From: Azolla caroliniana
Lineage: Eukaryota; Plantae; Polypodiophyta
Direction: 5' to 3'
Assembly: GCA_043228905.1 (NCBI GenBank)
Contig: JBHGNT010000017.1
Span: 8,122,001-8,186,000 of the forward strand
Length of the DNA: 64,000 nt
The notes under the pieces are model-generated. The model was not told the origin of the DNA. It made no database searches and saw nothing but the letters and a program-made list of their open reading frames with translations. This document shows, piece by piece, positions 25,818-38,350 of the stretch (positions are counted from its first letter, which is position 1; each line of letters begins with the position of its first letter). The translations under genes and the position numbers were made by a program.

Positions 25818-26500
25818 CAAGAAGAACATGAATTGGACATGGAATTTAAACAATAATTGAAAGCAAAGTTACAGATAGGTAGAAATACATATCCATGTAT
25901 GCAAGCTTTTTTAACAAGAATCCAATTCCAATTCCTTTATGTAGAGAATGTTTTTTTCCATTTAAATTAAAGGGTTTGAACTTGAAGCCCATGTTATGGG
26001 AGGATTTAAAAGACTAACTCCAAAGGCCACATTATAAATAGATGTCCTAGATGATATAAACATAAACCACTTACAATAAGAGAGCTGTCAAAGAAGATGT
26101 CGATGACTATTAAGGAGCAGAGGATAATTTTTTTGTCTTTTTAAAAAAGAAAAACATTATGTGTTATAATATGAATGTATCTTTGTGTATACATATATCT
26201 ATGCATATGCATATATGTGTCAGCACATATGTATAACCGAAATCCAAACTCGAATGATCAGGTGTATAGTTTAACACAAACATATTTGACTCCTTGATTA
26301 TGTGCATATAGAAAAACAAATATAGTTATGCATACCCTAACATGAACTCTAATGTGCCATAAATTAACACATACATATTTTACACATTGATGATGTGCAT
26401 ATTGTAAAACAAGCATAATTACACATACCCAACATGAATCATAATTGCAACCCTAACCCTAACTCCTAATCTTAGCCTTCATAACTCTAACCCTAACCCT

Positions 26501-29500
26501 TGTTGAGAAGCAAGCTCAACAAGGGTATGTGATGCTTATTGAGGAATAAGCTATAGTAGCTATTAGCTAATTAGCTACTAGTGGACATAAAGGTGAAACA
26601 ACTATTTAGCTATGCATAGTTATTTAGCTACATACAGCTAATTAGCTGCATATATAAGTCACTTATAACTTAGGTAAAAAGTTAACAAAGAGAGAAAAGT
26701 GAGAGTAGTGCAGAGAGTTGTAAGAACAAAGAACATAAAACTGACGAGAGCAAGTTGAGCTCTACGCATAATGAGATAGAAGCCTTTGGACTGTACAGAG
26801 GTAAGTCTCCTTCCCCTTCCTTTTTGTCTTGAGCACTAAACGATCTAGCACATCACGATCCATTGTGCACACAGAAGAGCCGTAGCGCCTTCGTAACATG
26901 GTATCAGAGCAGAGTTGCTCATAAAGAAGATTAGAATAGTACAAATCTAAGAAAGGTTGTTTCTTTGTTTGCAAATCTGAATCAGAGAGTTGCTTGTTGA
27001 AGTAATTGTAGCAAAAGCCATAATCTGAAAGAAAAAATGGCTACAGAAAATGGAAGCCAAATAGTCACAGAAAAGTTGGATAAAAACAATTTCCGGCGTG
27101 GAAATTCAGAATGACAAATTTCTTGATGGGAAAAGGATATTGGGATTACATTGAAGGAGACCTAGAAGAGGCTCTAGAGATCCCTGAAGAAAATGCATCT
27201 ATTGCACAGATTAAAGCATTTAAGGAATGGAATCAAGGGGCAAGAAAGGTATTGCATTGGCTCTCACTTAGCATCTCAGATTCGATGCTTGGACACATAC
27301 ACGATGTTATGCTTCCAAAAGAAGCTTGAGACAGTTTGGTAAAATTGTTTGCAGTGAACACAAAAGCTAGAAAGCTTCAGTTGAAGACTAAGGTAAATTC
27401 CTTGGAAAAAGGTAACATGTCAATGAATGAGTCTGCTCTAAAAATAAAGAGCATATGTGAATCACTTGCTTCTATCAATGTGAAGGTAGAAGATGATGAT
27501 AAGGTGGAAATATGCTTAAGAGGTTTAGGACCTCAATATAAAAGCTTCAAAACATCTATTCTCACAAGGGATAGCATCCCAAGTTTTCCAGATCTGGTTT
27601 CAATGCTTGTAGTGGAAGAAAGAAATCAGATGGATGATGTAAACAAAGGAAACTCTGAGATTGAGGGGCAAGCCCTCTACGATAGTGCTGGAAGAGGCCA
27701 AGGAAGACGACATGGAAGATTTGGTTCGGCTAGAACCAACAATAATTATCAAGGAAGAGGACAACAAGTTACAAGTGGAAGAAACAACATCAGAGGTAGG
27801 GGGAACAATCGAGGTAGAGGTAAGCAAACTTATTTGAATGATGATGGTTGTTTGTATTGTGGAAAACCAAGGCCATACACAGGTTGAATGCTATAAAAAG
27901 CAAAATGATGAAAAAAGAGGGAAGAGACAACAAAATAACTATGCTTCAACTAGTGAAGACTATGATAAAGATGGTGCGTTTGTGATGCAACATGAAACAA
28001 CAGCAGTGGTTGAATGTTCACAGAGATGCAATGAAGAGTTTATGTGGTATGTAGATTCTAGGGCATCTAATCATATGACAGGACATGCAAACTGGTTTGA
28101 AAGTCTAAGAGAACCAGAGATTCTTGGTTATGTACAGACAGGTGATAATACTACTCACCAAATAGAGCATGTTGGAGATATCCCATTGTGGGAAGAAAAA
28201 GGAAAAACAAAATATATGTTGAATGTTATACATGTGCCAAACCTTGCAAAAAATCTAATATCTGTTGGACAGATAGTGGAGCAAGGAATGCAAATTAAGT
28301 TTAAGCAAAGTGGATGCTTTATAGAGAAACAGGGAAAACTTATTGCAAAGGGAAAACGTCAAGGAAGGATGTTTGTGTTAGATGTGGATATGCCTAATAA
28401 GATTACAACCATGTTTGCAGAAGGAATGAGTGTAATCTCAGATGTGGAAATGTGGCATAAAAGAATCGGTCACATAAGTATGCAAACCTTGAAAAATATG
28501 TTGAGGAAAAATGCATTGGTTGGACTACCTAAGCTAAAAGACTGTGAGATGAGCAAAATATGTGAAGCATGTCAATATGGAAAGCAAAACAGGTTGCCTT
28601 TCCCTCATGAAAGACATGTAAGCAAAAATTTGTTGGATTTGGTACATACAGATGTATGGGGACCAACAAAAAATGCATCAATTAGTGGATGTAAGTTTTA
28701 TGTAACATTTATTGATGATTGCTCGAGGAAAACATGGGTTTACTTCATGAAAGAAAAAAGTGAAGTATTTTATTGCTTTCATAAGTTTAAATGCATGGTA
28801 GAAAAGTAGACTAGAACTAGAATAAAATGTTTAAGATTTGATGGAGGAGGAGAATACTTCTCAAATGAATTTTTTGATTTTCTATGCAATCAAGGAATAA
28901 GAAGACAGTTCACATGTAGATATACTCCACAACAAAATGGAGTTGCTGAGAGAAAAAACAGAACTCTGGTGAACATAGCAAGGGCTTTAATGATAGAAAC
29001 AAATATGTCATTGTATTATTGGGCAGAAGTCGTAAACACATCAAAATATATTCTAAATAGATGTATAACATCTAGAGTACATGAAGTAACTCCTGAAGAA
29101 TGTTTCTATGGCAGGAAGCCTAGTTTAGAACACTTACAAGTGTTTGGATGCCGTGCCTATGTTCTGTACTTGCTGAAGTAAGAAGTAAGCTTGATCCAAA
29201 AGCTGAAAAATGTGTTCTTGTTAGATATTCAGAGGAGCAAAAAGGGTATAGATGTTATAACCCTTTGACAAAAAAGATTATGGTAAATCGAGATGTAATA
29301 TTTGATGAGTTGGGCAGTTGGTACAGCCCAAAACAAATGAAGACTGATGAAGATTGATGAAGACTGTGAAAATGAAGACAAAGAAAAATCTGAAAATGCA
29401 AGAGATAACCACAGAGATGGTAACAATGTTGGACAACAAAATTCAACATCAATGGAATGTACTGGACCATCTGGAAGCTCAGGTAGTAAAACTGAATCTA

Positions 29501-32500
29501 ATGCATGGAGTGGAAAAAATGCAAAACACAAAAAATATGATGATAAAAAGGGAAAACAGAAAATGCCAGAATATGAAATGCTTGATGATGGGTCTAGAAA
29601 CAAGGAAGATGTAGATTCAGATACATCATTGGATAATGAGCTTGGTATAAGAGCCTTGAAAATCCCTGGTATGGAAAAGGCAATGAAAGATGCAAATCAG
29701 AAACTGAGAAGATCATATAAAGAAAAAAAGATTGTTGAAAGATTTGGTTATGACACATATATGGCTATGCATTATGCATACATGTCTAAAGTGGTACAAA
29801 TCCCTGATCCAAATAGTTTTGATGAAGCAAAATCTGATAAGAAATGGGTGAATGCAATGCAAGAGGAAATAGATGCATTGGCTGAAAACAGAACATGGGA
29901 TTTGGTGAAGTTACCGAAAGAAAAAAATGTCGTAGGTTGCAAATGGGTCTACAAGACAAAGCATGATTCCAATGGAAATGTTGGTAGACATAAAGCAAGA
30001 CTTGTGGCAAAGGGATATGCCCAGATGCATAGAAACATTTGCACCGGTTGGAAAGATGGCAACATTGAGAACACTACTTGTTGTGACTGTAGCCAAAAGA
30101 TGGGTTTTGCACCATATGGATGTAAAAAATGCCTTTTTACTTGGAAACTTAGAAGAAGAAGTGTATATGTGTCAACCACAAAGTTTTGAAGATAAGACGC
30201 ATCCAAAATATGTTTGTAAGCTGAAAAAGGCTCTCTATGGATTGTGTTAAGTAATTAGGTAATTAACTAGGGTTAATTAGAGACTAATTATATGGTTACG
30301 TTAAGCAGCAAAAGATTAGTATGATATGCACGTGAGAGTGTGTGAGAGGAAGAGAGAGAGAGAGAGAGGAAGTTACACTTATGAACACGAAGATAAATGG
30401 GGGATGATTGACTATATTGAAAAGTGTCATCAACATACAAAAATACCCACAATGAGGTACATATATATACAACCCATGTGCAAAGGTGCCCATGTGTGGG
30501 TAGAACATAGGTACTTATGTGTAAGTCCTACATTAAATGTACTAAGGAGTGGAGGATCTAGAATATCCCACTTAAGTACAAGGTCCTATTTAAAGGCTTA
30601 AGGTCAACACATTAACTAGATTCGATCTAGGTAACTACTAAGTTACATGTGTTGACTAACTAGATTAAACTAGTTGAGCTTGATATCTCAACACGCCCCC
30701 TCAAGCTCAAGTGTGAGGCGTCCAACATCTGGTTTAGCTTCCTTCGGCTCCGTCAGCATCGGTGCGGCTTGCGGCTTTCTTCGCGGCGTTGCGCGGCTTT
30801 CTTCGCGTCTTCGCGGCTTCGTTGCGCGGCTCTCTGCGGCTTTGTTGCGTGGCATTGCGCGACTTTCTTCGTGTCTTCGCGGCTTCGTTGTGCGGTTCTC
30901 CGTGGCTTTGTTTTTCGCGGCGTTGCGCGGCCTTCTTCGCGTCTTCGTGGCTTCATTGCGCAGCTCTCCGCGGCTTTGTTCTCCCCCTCAAGCCTGTGAC
31001 GAAGGCTTGGATCCTCGGGCTCTTGTTCGGCCACTACCTCCATCGCGAGGGCATATTGATGGGCCATATACTCGTTGTATGCGTAATGAGTGACTTGGGT
31101 CTTCGCTCGTGATGAGCGGCGGAGTTTCTCGTTTGTCGATGTGAGTGCCTTCTTTACTCCGGGTGTCCTCATGATGGGTACACCAAACTCACTGTCTAGT
31201 GAGCGAGCCGAATCATCCAAATCACGGTCGTCGAGGTGGACCTCGACTTCGTATTCAGGCATCTTACCTTTGCCTTTGTCCGATGTCGGACTTGGCCGCA
31301 ACGTGTTTTCATCACGTGGAGGCTCTTGTGGGCCAATTAGCTCGGTAGAGCTTGGATTGTCCTTCAGTGGAGGACTTGGCCAAGTTTCGTCGTCTGAGTT
31401 GGCATTCAACTCTTCCTCGATCGGGTCGGACGGAGTTGCATCGGGCTTATACCAAGATGCCGATTCGTCGAAAACGACGTCGCGACTTATCCGCACCGCT
31501 CGGGTCGAAGGGTTGAAGCACTTGTACGCCTTTTTCGCAGACAAGTATCCTATGAGGATACATTCTTCCGACTTTGCGTCAGGCTTCTCTCGACTTTCGT
31601 TCGGGATGCGTACATTCGCAATGCTTCCGAACACCTTGAGGTGCGAGAGGATGGGCTTTCTTCCAACAAAGATCTTGTATGGAGTAAGCTCGTGCACGCT
31701 ATTTGTGGTGCATCGATTCATGAGATAGACAGCCGTGGATGCCGCTTCCGCCCAATAGAAGTTCGGCATGTGCTTCTCACGCATCATGGCGTGTGCTACC
31801 TCGAGTATTTGCCGATTCTTTCTCTCGGCTACTCCGTTTTGTTGGGGAGTGTGTTGGCATGAGAATTCTCTAGGAATGCCTTCACCTTGGAGTAGGAGGT
31901 GAACTCGTCGGAGAAGTACTCCTTTCCTCCGTCTGATCGTAGGCAACGAATGTGCCGACCGGTTTCTTTCTCCACTTGGCTTTTGAGCCTTTGAAAGTGG
32001 GAGAGCACTTCGCTCTTCTTCTTCATCGGGTATATCCATGTGTAGCGCGAGTGGTCATCGATGAAAGTGATGTAGTAGCGGCATCCGCCGAGCGTCGGCG
32101 TTTGAGCCAGTCCCCATACGTCTGAGTGGATTATGTCAAGGAGGCCTTTGCTTACGGAGCTCTCCTTCGGGAATGGGAGTCGATGGTGTTTGCCGAGTTG
32201 GCATGCTTTGCACACTCGGTCAACTCATTTCGATTCGAAGGCCGGAAGTCTGATTACAATTCCCTTTGATTGCATTCCGCGAAGCCGTTGGAGGTTTACG
32301 TGGCCGATTCGCTTGTGCCACAACTCGATGTTTGTCTCGGTCTTGAGACCTTTGGCGTACATGGCCGATTTTACCTCGTTCGAGTCGAGAATGAACAAGC
32401 GACCGTCTCTCCATCCCTTGGCTATGAGTCGGCCGTCTTTCTCGATGAAGCAACCTTCATTGTTGAAGCGGACTTGCATGCCTTGATCCACGATTTGGCC

Positions 32501-35500
32501 GACCGAAACCAAATTCTTTGTTATTGTGGGCACATGCAAGACATTCTTGATGCAAGTTTGCTCGCCTTCTTTCCCGAATGGGACATCGCCGATGTGCCGA
32601 ATGGGATGCGGAGTGTCGTCTCCGGTCTCTATGTAGCCGGGTCAATCCGGCGTTCACAAGTCGCGAAACCACTCTTGGTGCGACATCCTGTGGTGCGAGG
32701 CGCTGGAGTCTACGAACCATGCGTGTTCGGAGTTGGAGGTGTTTGCGGAGTTTGCGGGATCGGAGTCCATCATAGAGTTCGCTCTATGCCTCATCACGAA
32801 GAGTCCGCCGTAGTCCACGTATTCCGCGTTCGCGGCGTAATTTGTGAGTTGCCGGCTTGTCGAGGCCGACTCGCTTCGTCTTTTTCGGCACTCCTCTTCG
32901 CGATGGCCGATTTTTCTGCAATAGTTGCACGTAGGTGGCTTCGTTCGCCGACCTTGTTCGGCGTGGAAGCTCCCCCTTCTTGTGAAGGTTCCTCGATGGC
33001 TTCCGTTTCCTTGCCGAAATTGTGAATTCCCTTCGTGGGATAGGTTGAATTGACCTCTTCTGCTTCGACCTCATCTATGGGCACCATCCGTATCGGAGAA
33101 GAGCATTTGTCCTTCTGATGTGTTGGTCTTTGGTTGAACGTGGTTTTCTTCGACCAATAGCATTGATTGGAGGTTGAAGAACGAGGGAGGGGTATCTCTC
33201 GCCAAGATTGTCATTCTCAATGGGTTGAATCGTTGTGCGAGGCTGCCCAAGCATACTTGCACCATCTCGTCCTCGTCGATGTTGACATTGATGGAGCCAA
33301 GAGAGTCGCAAATGCTCTTGATCTTGGTGGTGTAGTCCGTCACAGACATTTCTTTTTGTCATATGTTGTTCAACTCTTGCCGGAGTTGAAGCTTGCGCGC
33401 AGATGTGTCCGCGGCGAAAATCTTCTTGAGATTTTCCCACGCCTCTTTGGGCGTCTTGGCGTCACGAATGTGGCTAAGCATGTGGTCGTTTACACATGTT
33501 GCCAAGCAATACATTACCCAACTCGCGCCTTGCTACCATGTTGGGTAGTTGGCGTGTGTGGTTTCGGGTTTATTTTCTTGTGCGTCATTGATGTAGCTCC
33601 AATACCCTTGGCCAACAAGGTATTGATTCATCTTGTACTCCCAAGATGAATAGTTGCTTCGATCTAGCTTTTCGTGAGCTTCCCATTTGTTTGTTCATGT
33701 TGATTGTTGTGTCTTCCATTTTGTTTTTCTTCTCTTGGACGCGTACACGTCCTTCGTAGCGGCACTACGGTAGCGGATAGCGAATAGTCGGGATTTGTCG
33801 TCGGCGTCTCGAACACACAATCACGAATAAGCGGTGGGCTTAGTGGATTTACTAAACCACGCGCTCTGATACCATGTTAAGTAATTAGGTAATTAACTAG
33901 GGTTAATTAGAGACTAATTATATGGTTACGTTAAGCAACAGAAGATTAGTATGATATGCACGTGAGAGTGTGTGAGAGGAAGAGAGAGAGAGAGAGAGGA
34001 AGTTACACTTATGAACACGAAGATAAATGGGGGATGATTGACTATATTGAAAAGTGTCATCAACATACAAAAATACCCACAATGAGGTATATATACAACC
34101 CATGTGCAAAGGTGCACATGTGTGGGTAGAACATAGGTACTTATGTGTAAGTCCTACATTAAATGTACTAAGGAGTGGAGGATCTAGAATATCCCACTTA
34201 AGTACAAGGTCCTATTTAAAGGCTTAAGGTCAACACATTAACTAGATTCGATCTAGGTAACTACTAAGTTACATGTGTTGACTAACTAGATTAAACTAGT
34301 TGAGCTTGATATCTCAACAGATTGAAACAAGCACCAAGGGCATGACATAAAGAACTTTCAGAATCTCTAAAAAAACTTGTTTTCAAAATGTCAAAGGTTG
34401 ATCCATGATTATATGTAAAGAAGAAAAATGATTTCATTGTTGTTATCTTGATATATGTTGATGACTTAATCATTGGAGGTCATTCCATGGATGAAATAAG
34501 AAAGCTGAAAAAAAATCTGGAAATGCAATTTCATATAAAGGATTTGGGAGAGTTGAGATACTTTCTTGGCATTGAGATGATTAGATCTGAAAGTAGTATA
34601 TATATGTTGCAAAAACAGTATGCAACAAACTATGTTGAAGAAGTATGATATGCTTAGATGCAAACCTATTGGTGTACCACTAGATAAGAACTGCAAATTG
34701 AGGGCTGATTTGGGAGCCAAAATAGAAGATGTAAACATGTACAAGTCTATGGTGGGCAGCCTCATATATTTGACTATAACAAGACCTTATTTGAGTTATG
34801 TTGTTGGATTAGTCAGCTAGTTTATGCAACAGCCAACAAAGCCACACTTGGACTGCATTAGAAGAATCTTGAGGTATGTAAAAGCTACTCAAAACTATGG
34901 ATTGTTTTATAGGGCTGATTTGGACATAAAGCTGGAAGGATATACAGATTATGATTGGGTTGGAAGCCAAACTGACAGAAGATCCACAAGTGGATATATG
35001 TTTACATTGGGAAGTGCAGCTATTTCATGGAGTAGCAAGAAACAAGCTATTGTTGCACTATCAAGTACTGAAGCTGAATATAGAGGAGCTGCAATAGCCA
35101 CTTGTGAAGAGGTATGGATCAGAAGATTGCTTTCTGATTTGGGAGAATATATAGATGGTGTTGTCACAATTTGGTGTGACAATATGAGCAACATTCATTT
35201 GGCAAAAAACCTAGTGTTCCATGCAAGAACAAAGCACATTGAAGTGCATTATCACTTTGTTAGAGAAAAAGTGATTGATGGAGAGGTGGATCTGTTGTGT
35301 GTAAGTACAAATCAACAAGTGGTTGATATTCTTACGAAGGGATTGAGCATGGAAAAACATACACAGTTTAGAGACATGATGGGAGTTATAACCATCGGCA
35401 TGGTAGTTGAAAAGCATGAAGAAAAGAAGATTGAAGATGATACCAAGAAAGGATAAGTTGAGCTTGAGGGGGAGTGTTGAGAAGCAAGCTCAACAAAGGT

Positions 35501-35874
35501 ATGGGATGCTTATTGAGGAATAAGTTATAGTAGTTATTAGCTAATTAGCTACTAGTGGACATAAAGGTGAAACAACTATTTAGCTATGCACAGTTATTTA
35601 GCTACAGACAGCTAATTAGCTGCATATATAAGTCACTTATAACTTAGGTAAAAAGTAAGTAGGAAAGAGAGAAGAGTGAGAGTAGTGCAAAGAGTTGTAA
35701 GAACAGATAACAGAAAACTAACGAGAGCAAGTTGAGCTCTACATGTAATGAGATAGAAGCCTTTGGATTGTACAGAGGTAAGTCTCCTTCCCCTTCCTTC
35801 TGTCTTGAGCACTAAACGATCCAGCACATCACGATCCATTGTGCACACAGAAGAGTCGTAGCGCCTTCGTAACA
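26501..35874 (+). mobile_element. Full-length Ty1/copia LTR retrotransposon (AT-rich, degenerate) hosting a nested element in RT
   Basis: LTRs 26501-26898 and 35475-35874, TSD ACCCT, PBS 26899-26910, PPT before 35475. RT rejoins as KALYGL|KQAPRA across the insertion. Confidence 0.95.
30245..34319 (-). mobile_element. Nested Ty1/copia deletion derivative (gag-PR-INT, no RT/RNase H)
   Basis: LTRs 33875-34319 and 30245-30693 are nearly identical. TSD GATTG, PBS 33863-33874, PPT 30694-30705. Motifs IIHSDVWG, LRSDGGKEY and PQQNGVAERKNR. Confidence 0.93.
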
Positions 35875-38218
35875 ACCCTAACGTGCACCCTTATGTATTA
35901 TAGATTAACACAAACACATTTGACACATTGATGATGTGCATAGCTATTACCCCAACCTTAAATCTATCATAATCCTTCACGGAAGAAAATGATCGTGGAG
36001 AACAACTTATTTGTAAGGCTTGATGTTGAAGAACACCGGATAGGAATGAGAAGAGACCCACTAATAATCAAAGGAGAGGAGATAAGGAAAATGAGTGTCG
36101 GGAGTTGACTTCTTCTTTTTTGTACCACTTGAAAGTGCTGGAAAAGCTAAGATTTTCGATAGCTACAATACTAATAGAAATCCTAGAATTATCCCAACAT
36201 TTTAAATGGTAAAAAATTTCAACAATCCTACATAAGTCCTAAATGTTTGGAAAATTTTGGCATTATTACCACTATTATAAATCATGGAAATTTTCCCAAC
36301 TGTCTTGCATATGTATTGAAAGTATTGAAGATTTTGGCACTAATCATATATGTTTTTCCAATGCTGAAATTTAAAAGATTACGGAATATGGGGGGGGGGG
36401 AAACAAGTTGAACACGTGTGAGCAAAAGGATTGTGGCATTTTACGAAGAGTATTCAAATAAAGTGGCTATGTATATAAGCCCACATGGTAAATTCATAAA
36501 ATGACTTTTCCACCTATCTTTTTAAAGTTGTTTTTCGATTCTATGCATGAAACATGCATAATTCGCACATGTGTATATATGTCAAGTATGCATATGTACA
36601 TTGAGAACAATTGGTACAATGACAATTAGTACCTCGACAATAACACTTTGCAATTGGCAAACAAGAAATGACACCCCATCAACATCATTACTTAAAAGTA
36701 CCATTACCACAAACACAAAAAAACATGAAAGGCATTTATTTGAGACAAATGTATTTACTATTGCCCTATATATATGTAAATGAAGGAACAAGTCTTACCA
36801 AAACTATGGATTGGAATCCAGTTTTAGAGCAATTGAGACTTTTAGACAATGGGCCGCTGACAAATATATTGTTAGAGCATTCAAATTTTAATCTCATTGC
36901 ATGTAGATTTAACCACATATGTAGGATGGATCATATTGGGATGATTTTTATGGTCTACAACTTACGCTCTACATTTTTTTTTACATAAGATGTAACCATT
37001 TCTTATTCCCACCCGACTATAAATTAAACATTGCTCAAAACAACATGTTGTCACACTATGTAAGGAACTAATGTTCTCAATTTAATAATTCTGATCTATG
37101 TGTTATCACCATAGGCCGGTGTGTAGAGATGTAATAATCAATTAATCAAAGATACACGGAAAACAATGTTCTATTACATTAATTGGCACAAACCACTAAG
37201 GTGTAGTAACTTCTGACTCTATTTCGTGCAAATTGACATTATTTAAGCAAATATATAGAACAATTGAACACGTACATAATATGTGCTATTATTGATGTTG
37301 ATTTCCAGTTTGTTTATTTATTCTTAAACATCATGTCTTTAAAGATGTCTCAAGGATAGTGAGTTTGGTTTGTAGGTTGCTTGCATACTTCGATGCCTAG
37401 TTTCTTCTTTAATTCTAAGTCGATAAAATATTAATCATGTTGTTCCATGAAACATGAGATTCCTATGTAGCTATAGTGGAAGTCTCTATCCCAACACAAT
37501 GCTTACTTAGGAACACTATTCCGTGCACACAAAAGCCTATGGTGATGTTCTAAGTAATGAGGGGGGGAGCTATCGTTGGTAGTTTCATGTCAATCACCAC
37601 ATTTTCTATGCCTCGCATATCCAAGGCGAAGGGGTCCATATTATTTTTGTTCCCCCCACCACAAGGTGGTTGGTATTATGTTATCTTGTATGATAACCAC
37701 ATGATTTTGTTTAACGCAACAACTCTAGAATGAAAATGTAATCCTTTTTTGCCACATCTGCTATGCCCCACTAACAAACTCAACGATCGCTTGGAACTCC
37801 CCGACTGTTTGCGTAAGGCATGGCAGCTCAGGCAACGGAACCATCACACCACAAAGAGCTAAGACATGCATAAGTGAGAGAATGAATGAACAGAACCGGC
37901 CCACGAACGAACGAACGAACGTAAACGTAAGGGTCATATGCATATATATGTATGTACGCCTTGATTTCCATCCACCTTGACACACGAGAGGCAATTGGAG
38001 TAAAAAACAATAATGGGATTCAGAGGAGTAGGATGTGTGTGAGAGAGAGTGAGGAAGCATCCAAAAGAAGAGAAAATATGTATGTACATAAATGTGTGTC
38101 ACTGTGTATTGGTTGGGAAGATCTTTAAATTCTGATGAATTGAATTGAAGGAGATATTTTTGGCAGATTTTTATTTTTGTTTTGGCTTTCTGGCTTTCTG
38201 CGTGCGTGTCGTTGTTAT

Positions 38219-38317
38219 CAGAGAGAGAGAGAGAGAAAGAGACAGAGAAAGAGAGAAAGAAGTAGAATACATAGATAGAAGGCTTGGCTCGCTCCCTTAC
38301 AACATCCATACACAGAG

Positions 38318-38349
<32 letters not shown>
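38219..38349. repeat. (GA)n and (CAG)~9 microsatellites in the ICDH 5' region
   Basis: Read directly. The CAG run ends immediately before GCC-ATG. Confidence 0.9.
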
Positions 38350-38350
<1 letters not shown>

